Source: Pseudomonas phage sp. 30-2. Taken from it: a DNA stretch of 64,000 bases. Below are positions 49,703 through 58,955 of the stretch, piece after piece. The notes under the pieces were generated by a model, which had not been told where the DNA came from, did not search any database, and was given only the letters and a program-made list of their open reading frames with translations. The stretch's first letter is position 1, and every line of letters starts with the position of its first letter. The stretch is from sequence record LC727697.1. One strand, written 5' to 3'. The position numbers and the translations under genes are program-made.

Positions 49703-50238
49703 TTTTTTCTCTTAAAATATTTAGGAAGTCTAAATGTAGGATACCAGCAGGAGCCACGCGGACCGGAATGCCTAGGATAAGCATATCGTTTTCTTTTATC
49801 TTTGCTGTCTTTATATAGTTTAACACCTGTATTATAAAATGATGATCTTTTACTGCTAATTGTTTCTTCCCCGATACAGCGATCATTTCTTTTTTTACAT
49901 GTATTATTTTTATGTTGTTTTGGTTTTCTTTTGTTAAACGAAGAATGAAATATTTCATAATCGGGTGTTTTATTTATAAACCGATAAGATATAGAAACTA
50001 ACTCAGCAACAAACATATAAAATACTTCATTAAGCACAGGGATAGTATCTAAATATTCTGGTTTATTTTGCAATAATTGCATTATTTTGAGAATAATTAA
50101 GAAACTCGCTATAATAGGATTAAAAACTACATTTCCTACTAGTAATATATAAAATGATAGATTCTTAAAATCATACATTTTATTTCTGTGTGTCATCAAA
50201 AACCATTTAATGTAATATTTCATTTTTATACTATTCAT
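49687..50238 (-). CDS. membrane protein with highly basic C-terminal tail
   Basis: N-terminal TM helices; C-terminus KRKRYAYPRHSGPRG...KRKKKKGL. Confidence 0.4.
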   Translation of the reverse strand: MNSIKMKYYIKWFLMTHRNKMYDFKNLSFYILLVGNVVFNPIIASFLIILKIMQLLQNKPEYLDTIPVLNEVFYMFVAELVSISYRFINKTPDYEIFHSSFNKRKPKQHKNNTCKKRNDRCIGEETISSKRSSFYNTGVKLYKDSKDKRKRYAYPRHSGPRGSCWYPTFRLPKYFKRKKKKGL

Positions 50239-50261
50239 GTTCCTTTTTAGATATTTTTCTA

Positions 50262-50627
50262 TTAAATCACATTTGCGATGTAATGGTATTTTAATACTTG
50301 TCTAAGACGATCTGGTATCTCTACAAAGCGAACATAGTTTTTACCATCTTTAGTAATTTCTCCCGATATCATTTTCAATATGGCATCTTCTTTAGTAATT
50401 ATTTCGATTAATTTTTCGTCTAATTTATATTTTGAACCAGAAATTCTTGTTGCCATCTTTAAATCGAAATTATTTAACTTGCTTAGATAACAAATTAAGC
50501 CGGGAGCAAGTACTACTACAGTGTATACCTCTACATCTTTTTTAAAGAAGTTTAGTAGTGTGCAGAACATAAATGTTCCTTTACTTTTTGCCAATTGATT
50601 TAACAATTTCATCAGGTGGATTTTCAC
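50262..50627 (-). CDS. hypothetical protein
   Basis: ORF. Confidence 0.45.
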   Translation of the reverse strand: MKIHLMKLLNQLAKSKGTFMFCTLLNFFKKDVEVYTVVVLAPGLICYLSKLNNFDLKMATRISGSKYKLDEKLIEIITKEDAILKMISGEITKDGKNYVRFVEIPDRLRQVLKYHYIANVI

Positions 50628-50955
50628 CTAAATATACATATCCGCCCTTGTTGTAAGCTACTGCAACAAATTGTTTTTTACGTTCTTTTTCTTTTAATGC
50701 AATTTCTTCTCTTATTGCAAATTCGTCTTCATATTTGACTGGAATTGCGTTGTTTATAGGTTTATTTGTTTCTATGCTTTTGTATTCTGATAGTGTAGTA
50801 GCCCATGCAGGTATACTAGGACTTAGTTCTATATTAGGTTTTTTATAAGTATTAGATTTACCGTACTTATTAGGATTGCCACCTAATTTCATATTAGTTA
50901 TATATTGTTGATGTTTTTTGTTTTCGGCTCTAGTGATAGATTTAGATTTTTTCAT
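50581..50955 (-). CDS. hypothetical protein
   Basis: ORF. Confidence 0.45.
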   Translation of the reverse strand: MKKSKSITRAENKKHQQYITNMKLGGNPNKYGKSNTYKKPNIELSPSIPAWATTLSEYKSIETNKPINNAIPVKYEDEFAIREEIALKEKERKKQFVAVAYNKGGYVYLGENPPDEIVKSIGKK

Positions 50956-51009
50956 GACAATTTTACAGCACTTTATATACTGTAATTTTATAAAAGTATT
51001 TAAAATATG

Positions 51010-51381
51010 TCAAACACTATGTTCGAACGATTCTAACCAGAGCTTTATATCGCCTATTAAATTTAAATATAAAGAATCGTCGTATGAAAACAATATTAAT
51101 CTTTTATCACTAAAATAATAAGGAAATTTTAGATGCCTACCTAATAGCAATCTTTGTCTGAAAGTTATTTTAAAATCTATATGGTAGGTATAAGAAGTGA
51201 ATAGTTTTGAAAATAGTTTTAGACCATCATACGACAGTCTAAAACTAGAAGGGTGTGCAAATATAAAACGATTAAGTTCTATATCTGTTAACTCAGTTAA
51301 AGATTCGTTATTTTCTCTTAAATAAGAGAAAATTGAATCTCTAAGCTTAGTATTCTTCACCGGTGTATTTTTCTCCTGCAA
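51010..51381 (-). CDS. hypothetical protein
   Basis: ORF. Confidence 0.45.
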   Translation of the reverse strand: MQEKNTPVKNTKLRDSIFSYLRENNESLTELTDIELNRFIFAHPSSFRLSYDGLKLFSKLFTSYTYHIDFKITFRQRLLLGRHLKFPYYFSDKRLILFSYDDSLYLNLIGDIKLWLESFEHSV

Positions 51382-51640
51382 TTAATTTATGAACAGTAAA
51401 GTCAGTGCATTTAAACATTTCATTTAAACGTTCAGCCAAATTAAGTGCATGGCCCGGGTTAACAAATGTAGATTTCTTATATTTAGGAGCATAATCTATC
51501 AATGCACTCTGTGACCGTATATTGATAGGCTCGCCTTTATAAAATACAGCAAACACAGCTTCAGCTTCAAGTATTTGCTCAGATTTATATGTTTTTGGAT
51601 CTACATGTTCAACAAGGATAGTAGGTTTTGGACGTGCCAT
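51347..51640 (-). CDS. hypothetical protein
   Basis: ORF. Confidence 0.45.
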   Translation of the reverse strand: MARPKPTILVEHVDPKTYKSEQILEAEAVFAVFYKGEPINIRSQSALIDYAPKYKKSTFVNPGHALNLAERLNEMFKCTDFTVHKLIAGEKYTGEEY

Positions 51641-51700
51641 ATATATCTCCAGTAATAGCCATCGTATTATTTATCTGATTTTATAATTTACTGGGTATAT

Positions 51701-51731
51701 AAAAACCCTGTATAGTCTATACAGGGTTTTT
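51701..51731. terminator. bidirectional rho-independent terminator
   Basis: aaaaaccctgtatagtctatacagggttttta. Confidence 0.75.
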
Positions 51732-51919
51732 ATATTTAATATACATTGCGTATATACACGATATTAGATAACCTATAGGCCATAATATCCATAATATAGT
51801 CGATAGTATAAATACACATAACCAATTTTCTTTTAATACAAGATTTCTTATAGCTAAATGATGCAGTATACCTACTAAAATAGATTGGATTATTATGTAC
51901 AATACTACTAACGTCATTA

Positions 51920-52492
51920 TTAGCTATTGATCCATTCTTCTTCCGACATCCAAATTGGTTTAAAATTTTTATATATATCGTGTTGCGAACCCAACTGTGC
52001 CCATTTAGTATTATCTTCTTTCATATCAGTAGCTCCAAGCATATACTTATTCTTTGCAGTAGATACATAATCATGAGTTATATAGTTAGTATTAAATACC
52101 AAAAAATTAGGATGATTTATTAATGTTGCTTCTACCCAAGCACCATATGCTTCTGTGCCTAATACGTTATCATATTGTTCCTTGCATGAAATTATATTGT
52201 TATCTAAAACCCAACAATATCTAACTTCATTGTCTTTTGTAATTTCAAAAAATGCAGGTCCGTTATCCCTGTGTATCTTTCCATGATTATACCAAACTTC
52301 GCATACATTGGGAATTATAAGAGCAGGACCGTTTGTTCTGTGACTTTGACCCCAACCATCCATAAACAAATAGATATCTTTAAACATTTCGTGTTTAAAC
52401 ACATAACAGTCTACGTCTTCTTCTATTTGTTTAAACAAATCGGGATCATAACTTCTTCTGTTCATAATTAAATTTCCTGATAAGAACTGCAA
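51920..52492 (-). CDS. MORN-variant / YwqK-like repeat protein
   Basis: repeated G..HR.NGPA units (DGWGQSHRTNGPALI, WYNHGKIHRDNGPAFF). Confidence 0.55.
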   Translation of the reverse strand: MQFLSGNLIMNRRSYDPDLFKQIEEDVDCYVFKHEMFKDIYLFMDGWGQSHRTNGPALIIPNVCEVWYNHGKIHRDNGPAFFEITKDNEVRYCWVLDNNIISCKEQYDNVLGTEAYGAWVEATLINHPNFLVFNTNYITHDYVSTAKNKYMLGATDMKEDNTKWAQLGSQHDIYKNFKPIWMSEEEWINS

Positions 52493-52758
52493 CGTTCTAA
52501 TTTTAATACAACTAGATTATTTGTTTCGGAATCTGTTGTACAAACTGCCCTATACCAAACTAATTCCATACATTCACCATGCACTAAGTTAGTATATTTG
52601 TTTATAAATGTTCTATTTGCTTCTGAGTTAGGAACTATGTGCTCGGATAACTTAATATTAAAGAATATTGTGGGAATATCGGCACCTAAATCATATACTA
52701 CGTTTTTATACATAGATTCTAATTCTTGTTTTGCTAATAGTTCATAGTTATCGAGCAT
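52468..52758 (-). CDS. hypothetical small protein
   Basis: ORF. Confidence 0.4.
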   Translation of the reverse strand: MLDNYELLAKQELESMYKNVVYDLGADIPTIFFNIKLSEHIVPNSEANRTFINKYTNLVHGECMELVWYRAVCTTDSETNNLVVLKLERCSSYQEI

Positions 52759-52769
52759 TTTTATTTTCC

Positions 52770-53228
52770 TTATTTTTTATTAATACTGGTTGTTGCTCTT
52801 GCTTCGAGTTCAGTTTTGAAAGGTCCACTAAACTCGTATTTTTCTAATGTAGAAAGTTTAGGACAAAAACTGTTTATATATGATCCAGGAAATTTAATAC
52901 TATAATATCCGGCACAGTGTATTGATTTTCCTCCCTCTGTTTTAGTGTAACAAGGAAGATTATTTACTGATTGTGCCTTAACAGGGTTAGCAGTAGATAC
53001 TGGCCATCCATCTAATTCGAACACTTCTTCTGTTTTACTAATATATACTATATTACTGAATATATCTTCACCGAAGAATGTATTTGCATCATCTTGCGTA
53101 TCGAATAACATAGATCCGCCAGGAGTCATTAGATTGAGCTTTTCTTTAGTTCTAGTAAGTATACCTACTTTATCGCCCTGGTTGTCTAACACAATCCACG
53201 AAGTTTCAGTTAATGATTTTAATTTCAT
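52770..53228 (-). CDS. hypothetical protein
   Basis: ORF. Confidence 0.45.
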   Translation of the reverse strand: MKLKSLTETSWIVLDNQGDKVGILTRTKEKLNLMTPGGSMLFDTQDDANTFFGEDIFSNIVYISKTEEVFELDGWPVSTANPVKAQSVNNLPCYTKTEGGKSIHCAGYYSIKFPGSYINSFCPKLSTLEKYEFSGPFKTELEARATTSINKK

Positions 53229-53230
53229 AA

Positions 53231-54217
53231 TTATGGTTTAGCATTAAGAAGTTTTGCAAATTCGTCTGGATATTTAGAGATTTGCTCTAGTGCCCATCTA
53301 TTACAGAATTTTAAAAAATGGATGCCTACGTTAGATACGGGCGGTTTATTACGAGCCACATCTGCGACTGTTTTAAATTCTGTTTTTAGATCATCTGGCT
53401 GACAAGTTAAGTCAATTAGTGTTTTGTTAAATTCGTACTTATCGTGAACAACAAATTCATTACCAGCAGAATCTGTAATTTTTGTCAACATAAAATTATT
53501 CCATGCGTAACCTTTATTATCCATATCGGCAAATACTTCACGCATGCCTACTTTATTTTTAGAACTAGTTTCTCTTGCACCTGGGTACGCTGCAAAAATA
53601 AAATCAGATTTATCTCCCCTAATGCATTTTTCAAATAATAACCATTTAGGATCAGGAGCTACTTTTGGTTTCTTTGTTTTATTATCAATTACAGGTTTGC
53701 CTTTATTATCAAAGAAACCTTCTAATGTGATTAGTTGTTCTGTAATTCCATTATATATTTTAACGTTAGGTGCTAATAGCTGGAAAAAATCGCTGTCTGA
53801 ACTAACAATGATATGATTATCATTTGGATTATTTTGAATCCAAGTAGCTATCATATCATCTGCTTCTGCTTTATGGTGATGTAGTACGCTAGAATTTGTT
53901 TTATCATTAATGAATGTGATTAAATCGTTATATGCTTCCATTAAAGCAGCATCTTCTTCGATTTCAGCTTCTGTTCTTGCCATTCTAGCTGCTGTTCGGT
54001 TGAACTTATATTCTTTATAAAAGTCCTTCCGCCAAGATTTGCCTTCTATGCAAAACACAGCATGATCTGCAGAATGGTCTCTGTATACTTTGCGTATACT
54101 GTTAAACATTACATGAAGACACATGCCTACTTTTTCATCTAACGAGGAGGACCTGATTACATGTTTTGCTCTATGAAACATGTTAAATGTATCGATTAAA
54201 ATATAAGTTTTAGACAT
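53231..54217 (-). CDS. rnh: T4-type RNase H / 5'-3' flap exonuclease (FEN family)
   Basis: N-terminal ILIDTFNMFHRA and central HHHKAEADDMIATW (EADD) blocks typical of the phage 5'-3' exonuclease PIN domain; SSDSDF. Confidence 0.8.
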   Translation of the reverse strand: MSKTYILIDTFNMFHRAKHVIRSSSLDEKVGMCLHVMFNSIRKVYRDHSADHAVFCIEGKSWRKDFYKEYKFNRTAARMARTEAEIEEDAALMEAYNDLITFINDKTNSSVLHHHKAEADDMIATWIQNNPNDNHIIVSSDSDFFQLLAPNVKIYNGITEQLITLEGFFDNKGKPVIDNKTKKPKVAPDPKWLLFEKCIRGDKSDFIFAAYPGARETSSKNKVGMREVFADMDNKGYAWNNFMLTKITDSAGNEFVVHDKYEFNKTLIDLTCQPDDLKTEFKTVADVARNKPPVSNVGIHFLKFCNRWALEQISKYPDEFAKLLNAKP

Positions 54218-54828
54218 TACTTAACTTCCCTTCTATAGTTTTCTTTGCTATCTATTTTGTCATTATCTTCTGAAAGATCGTCTACAGATCCCATTCCTCC
54301 GAATTCGTCTAATGCGATATTTTTACATAAAGTAGATAACCATAAATTTACTACTTCTTCGTCAGTCCTACCTACATATCCGTATTCGTGCAATTCTTCT
54401 ATAAAATATTCATTCCAGTCTAATTCCATTTCTCCTGTTGAAATATCAGAGGAAGACAAGCCTATCTTTATTATATCTACCCAAGGTAGCTTTCTTAAGG
54501 TAGCAATTCGTTTGCTATGTTCCCTTTCATTTATTTTATGATGCTTTAAATCTATATCAGCTAATTTTAAGTCTAAAGCCAGACCCGGATCGTATTGAGT
54601 TTTAGCTAAAGCAACATCGTATTCGTATTCTGTTATTTTACCATATTTAAAATCAATATGTAACAATTCAATTTCTTTGGCTTTGCTTGTTGTATTCGAT
54701 AGTGCTACTAATTCCCTATCTAATTCTTCTCCTTCGAGATAATACTCTGCTTTTGCAATAGCTTTCTGTTTAGCAGGTAATCCCCAGCTATATGGCCATA
54801 ACCAAAATGGAAATAATCTTTTTTTCAT
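54217..54828 (-). CDS. hypothetical protein
   Basis: ORF, ATGA overlap with rnh. Confidence 0.45.
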   Translation of the reverse strand: MKKRLFPFWLWPYSWGLPAKQKAIAKAEYYLEGEELDRELVALSNTTSKAKEIELLHIDFKYGKITEYEYDVALAKTQYDPGLALDLKLADIDLKHHKINEREHSKRIATLRKLPWVDIIKIGLSSSDISTGEMELDWNEYFIEELHEYGYVGRTDEEVVNLWLSTLCKNIALDEFGGMGSVDDLSEDNDKIDSKENYRREVK

Positions 54829-55244
54829 TTATTAAAAATATCCGTTAATTTATTGAACTGGTGTATGTTATTATGATATAACCAGTCTGCAGATTTGTAA
54901 AATATTTCTAGACAATTATCTTCATAATATTTTACTAAAACATTAAAATTGTTATTTTCTATATTTTTAGAAACTGTTTCTCTTCCGTCAACTAATCCTT
55001 GATCATACAGTGCTGTATCTGCATTATTCGATTTTAGTGCAGTGTATTTGCCGTATGCATGAAGTACCTGACCTATATTATACAATTTTAAAGTTAATAC
55101 TTCGGTATTTGCATATTCAGACAGTTTAGTAACCATCCCGACGCATTTTCCATGAAGATGCGGATTTATATAGGATTTATTTTCTCCGCATACTGCATAC
55201 GACGATATTAAACTAAACACTACAGAAAGGATAATACGGTTCAT
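54825..55244 (-). CDS. secreted/periplasmic small protein (signal peptide)
   Basis: N-terminal MNRIILSVVFSLISSYAVCG. Confidence 0.45.
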   Translation of the reverse strand: MNRIILSVVFSLISSYAVCGENKSYINPHLHGKCVGMVTKLSEYANTEVLTLKLYNIGQVLHAYGKYTALKSNNADTALYDQGLVDGRETVSKNIENNNFNVLVKYYEDNCLEIFYKSADWLYHNNIHQFNKLTDIFNK

Positions 55245-55248
55245 GGTT

Positions 55249-56121
55249 TTACCTACCTAGTTGATCGTCACCCCAGGTTAATACGTGAACACGCAAACTA
55301 ACATTCCATTCGTATTCGAAGATAGCTTTATCTGCAAGTCTTCCAATTACCGGGTCTGTTTGTTGGGAATAAATGCCCCCGACTGGCATAACCCACACAT
55401 CTGGTAAATACCCATCGGCATTTAATGTGTCTACTATACTTTTTGCTTGATCCCACGATCGCTGATCTTCATTTACTACAAATTTTAGATAGCTATCCGG
55501 TGCAATATCTATATATTCCTTCATTAAATTTATATGGATAGCTCGTTTGGGTTGTTCACCTGCTACATGAAGTAGTTTAGGTGACATAGAAAAATAAAAT
55601 TGCACACCGATCGATTTGCATCTGTTAACTAAATCGATTAAGCATTTTTCTAACGGTCTAGTTGTATTTGTTTCTATTCCTATCCATGCAGGATAATCAT
55701 TAGTATCTATCCAATAATTTACTATATCTACTATAGATTCTTGGTTTACTAACGGTTCTCCGCCCGTAAATACATGACCTATTTTTTTACCAAATGTTTT
55801 ACTAGGAATTAATTGTTTTATTTCATTTGCAACTACAACAGGATCGACTTCTGTTGCAAGATGTTTAAATTTAGCAAATACAGAATAGTCTGAATCACAT
55901 CCATATTTAGGAGTCGGTAATTGTTTATAATCTGTAATGTTTGTTACATCTATTAAATCCGGTCGTTGTTCTACCCATGTTTCGGGATTTCCAGGTTCTT
56001 TTTGTCCAAAGCCCCTACATTGCAACGAACATCCGAAAAATCTAAGCCAAGTGCATAGTTTTCCGGTATGTAGGCTTTCTCCCTGGACTGAGAAAAACTT
56101 TTCAGTATATCTGTGTTTCAT
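55249..56121 (-). CDS. queE: QueE-like radical-SAM 7-carboxy-7-deazaguanine synthase, atypical Cys spacing
   Basis: FFSVQGESLHTG...LRFFGCSLQC matches the QueE N-terminal block (QGEG..G...R..GC..C); VFTGGEPL SAM-binding motif; Cys pattern CX7CX3C rather than CX3CX2C. Confidence 0.65.
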   Translation of the reverse strand: MKHRYTEKFFSVQGESLHTGKLCTWLRFFGCSLQCRGFGQKEPGNPETWVEQRPDLIDVTNITDYKQLPTPKYGCDSDYSVFAKFKHLATEVDPVVVANEIKQLIPSKTFGKKIGHVFTGGEPLVNQESIVDIVNYWIDTNDYPAWIGIETNTTRPLEKCLIDLVNRCKSIGVQFYFSMSPKLLHVAGEQPKRAIHINLMKEYIDIAPDSYLKFVVNEDQRSWDQAKSIVDTLNADGYLPDVWVMPVGGIYSQQTDPVIGRLADKAIFEYEWNVSLRVHVLTWGDDQLGR

Positions 56122-56191
56122 ACATAATCCGCTTTATTTTATAATATACATTATAAACGCAATCATACTAAAAGTAAAGAATAACTTTATA

Positions 56192-56626
56192 TTAAATAAA
56201 TTGTTTAAATTCAAAACTTACCGAATCATGGTAACTTATTTCATCATGATAAAAATCTACAATTGTATTATTTCTTGTTGCAAATATTGATGCTACTCTA
56301 ATTTTACTAATGTCTTCTTTCGTAAAAAAGAATTCGTCTTCTAACAAAGAAATAACAGAATTTACAGTATTGCCTGTATCGATAACATCATCTACGATAA
56401 TGCATTCAGAACTTATGTCATTATTTGTACTAAAACAATCTTCTACCGGATCGTATGTTACAATGGGGCAATCATAATAATAGCTAATCATAGTGGCAGG
56501 AATTAGTCCACCTTTGCTAATAGCAATAATAACTTTAGGAGAAATTCCTGCTTCGTCTATATCACTAACCAAGTCACTGACAATAACTGGCATTTGATCC
56601 ATTGATACAAAATTTTTATCGTACAT
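56192..56626 (-). CDS. type I phosphoribosyltransferase-fold protein
   Basis: IIVDDVIDTGNT PRPP-binding motif. Confidence 0.65.
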   Translation of the reverse strand: MYDKNFVSMDQMPVIVSDLVSDIDEAGISPKVIIAISKGGLIPATMISYYYDCPIVTYDPVEDCFSTNNDISSECIIVDDVIDTGNTVNSVISLLEDEFFFTKEDISKIRVASIFATRNNTIVDFYHDEISYHDSVSFEFKQFI

Positions 56627-56637
56627 ATAATATCTCC

Positions 56638-57156
56638 TTAAAATATATAAAAGTGTTTACTTAATTCTAAATACGGTTGTACTAATTCTATAATGTGTTG
56701 TTCATTATTCTTATCTAACAAATTATATATTTTTGAATTAATTCCTGTCGATTTAGAAAATTCTTCTAAATAGTCTTTATTAGTGTTATTAGAGAGTTTT
56801 AAAAAGGCATCATTATTTTCTGCACTTTTATTTCTAAATACTATTATTTCTTTTATAGAAGTATTTTTTAATACTGATAATAAGTTTATAAATTGAATAC
56901 TATTGTGGTAGAAATGTTGTTGTAATGTATTGCTTTTTTCTACAGCACAATGAATAAGCGTGTCTGCATCAGACTCGAGTATTATATCTTCTGCGATACT
57001 AGATGCATAGCTAGTTTGATAAAAATTAGTTATGTAACTATTTTTTGAATTAATTAAATCAAATCCCACTACATTATATCCTAATGTATAATAGTATTTG
57101 CTTACTGTTTTACCAACATAACCGTTACAACCAGTAATAATGACACGCATTGCCAT
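56638..57156 (-). CDS. short NAD(P)-binding Rossmann-fold protein (epimerase/dehydratase N-terminal-like)
   Basis: VIITGCNGYVG glycine-rich loop at N-terminus. Confidence 0.5.
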   Translation of the reverse strand: MAMRVIITGCNGYVGKTVSKYYYTLGYNVVGFDLINSKNSYITNFYQTSYASSIAEDIILESDADTLIHCAVEKSNTLQQHFYHNSIQFINLLSVLKNTSIKEIIVFRNKSAENNDAFLKLSNNTNKDYLEEFSKSTGINSKIYNLLDKNNEQHIIELVQPYLELSKHFYIF

Positions 57157-57417
57157 TTACTCTTTTTTCTCCGTACCGTTTATGATAGATAATATGACTT
57201 CGTATTCGTCATATGCAGATTTTAATGCAGGATATTTTTCTGAAAGTAATTTATCTACTTCTAACATGCACAACATTTTTTCTATCTGTTCTATCTTTTT
57301 CCTCAATACTGAAAGTTCTGTATCATACATGCCTAGATCCGTTAATCCGGAGTAGCTAGCTGGCATAGAGTTTATCGTTGTAGTAGTATATATTCCCGAC
57401 AGTTGTTTATTATACAT
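57157..57417 (-). CDS. hypothetical coiled-coil protein
   Basis: ORF. Confidence 0.4.
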   Translation of the reverse strand: MYNKQLSGIYTTTTINSMPASYSGLTDLGMYDTELSVLRKKIEQIEKMLCMLEVDKLLSEKYPALKSAYDEYEVILSIINGTEKKE

Positions 57418-57431
57418 AATAGCATCCTTGC

Positions 57432-57809
57432 TTATTTGAAAAATTCTAAAACAGCTTTATTAATATTGTCTTCTGCCACTGTAATCACAACGTCCCTGTT
57501 AGGATATACAATGTTAATTTGTTCATATAATTCTTCTGCCATTGTTTCACAAGATTTACCATCTAGTTTTAGCAGAGATTCACTATACAGTCTTTCTAAG
57601 AACCGTCTAAATTGAATAAATTCGATATCTCGTTCATTATGAAAAACTTCAATTTTAACAGTAAAATAAAAATAATGAAAATGAGGATATCCTAAAAAAG
57701 ATACATCTTTCCAATCATTTGTAGCTAGTGCAGGGTTACTATCTGCACCCAGGTACATGTGAATTCCTTCTTTCTGAAAAGGAACTTCGATCCATCGTTT
57801 AATTCCCAT
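57432..57809 (-). CDS. hypothetical protein in modification cluster
   Basis: ORF; no CxxxHGH (QueD) or CEHH (FolE) motif seen. Confidence 0.45.
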   Translation of the reverse strand: MGIKRWIEVPFQKEGIHMYLGADSNPALATNDWKDVSFLGYPHFHYFYFTVKIEVFHNERDIEFIQFRRFLERLYSESLLKLDGKSCETMAEELYEQINIVYPNRDVVITVAEDNINKAVLEFFK

Positions 57810-57893
57810 AAAAATAATCCTTATTTTTAATTTTGTAATATTATAATGTTTTCGTATTAAAATGTAAATTGTATGCAGAATATTAAATGGAAA

Positions 57894-58955
57894 TTATTTT
57901 AAAATTCTTTTATACAACTCTGTTCCGTTATAATATTTGTTTAATTCGGGCAGTAAATTAAGTTTCATTTCTTCTACTATAAAATTATAATTACGCATAG
58001 TATAATCTATTAGGGTAACTAAATTTTTTAGGTCTGCCAGATTTTCCGAAATAGTCCATTCATTTGGATATACATACAAATTTCTGTTTTTTACATTTTC
58101 TGTCATTTCTTTATAAGACAATCGGTCAGGCAATAATGGAATTGCACCGACTAATGCACCTTCGTAGAAACCTATACCCAATGTTTCCTGCAACGAAGCC
58201 GAAAAGACAATTTTAGAACGTTTAAGAAGTGTATGGTATTCTGCCTTTGATAATTTAGTTTCTTGTGCAAAAACAAACTCGTAGTTAGGAAGTAATGATC
58301 TTAATTTTTTAAATATATTTGGTTGTTTTTCCGGAGAAATTCGATGAGGAAATAATACAGTATCTGTCTTGTTAGTAGAAGGTGTAAGTTGGTCAACTAA
58401 ATATTCCATTGGCCAACCTACTATATCGTGTCTGTTTATGTTAGCTGTTTTACCAAAAAGGTTATCTATCATGAGATCTTTACTAAAATTAGTTGCATAG
58501 AAATTCACATCATATATATTATATAACGATCTTTCAAATTCATATGACCAATTTTTATCAAAGTGCCTTCCTAAAAAATCATGCGGATCATACGAACCGG
58601 CGTGCCACAACCCCATTATTTTAAATTTTTTATTCATTAACGATCGCATGTAATTTAGTTGAACTACTGTGGGATTCCATGCGTCTGTATAGAGAACAAC
58701 ATCGTTATCGTTTAAAGTTTCTATTATACTTGCTAATTTAATGAATTGATTGCATTTGAATATGTTTGTATTTGCAAAGTTAAGGAAGGCACCCGCAGAG
58801 GTGCCTTCGTCAACATAATCTACATCAATTTGAACTATTTCTGCATCGAGACCGGATTCGTTTATATACTTTTCTAGTTGCGGTTTAAGAAACGTATTCC
58901 ATTCTGACGTATACCGAGTTTCTATTGATTCGATTGGGATTATTATAACTTTCAT
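57894..58955 (-). CDS. GT-B fold (GT1/GT4-like) glycosyltransferase
   Basis: C-terminal QETLGIGFYEGALVGAIPLL resembles the E..G....EA...G.P donor-binding block of GT4 enzymes. Confidence 0.6.
   Translation of the reverse strand: MKVIIIPIESIETRYTSEWNTFLKPQLEKYINESGLDAEIVQIDVDYVDEGTSAGAFLNFANTNIFKCNQFIKLASIIETLNDNDVVLYTDAWNPTVVQLNYMRSLMNKKFKIMGLWHAGSYDPHDFLGRHFDKNWSYEFERSLYNIYDVNFYATNFSKDLMIDNLFGKTANINRHDIVGWPMEYLVDQLTPSTNKTDTVLFPHRISPEKQPNIFKKLRSLLPNYEFVFAQETKLSKAEYHTLLKRSKIVFSASLQETLGIGFYEGALVGAIPLLPDRLSYKEMTENVKNRNLYVYPNEWTISENLADLKNLVTLIDYTMRNYNFIVEEMKLNLLPELNKYYNGTELYKRILK

Noticed and set aside
49566-49958. 130-aa minus ORF overlapping 49687..50238 in another frame
   Set aside because: Only one of the two can be coding. 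The longer frame with TM helices and a basic tail was preferred.
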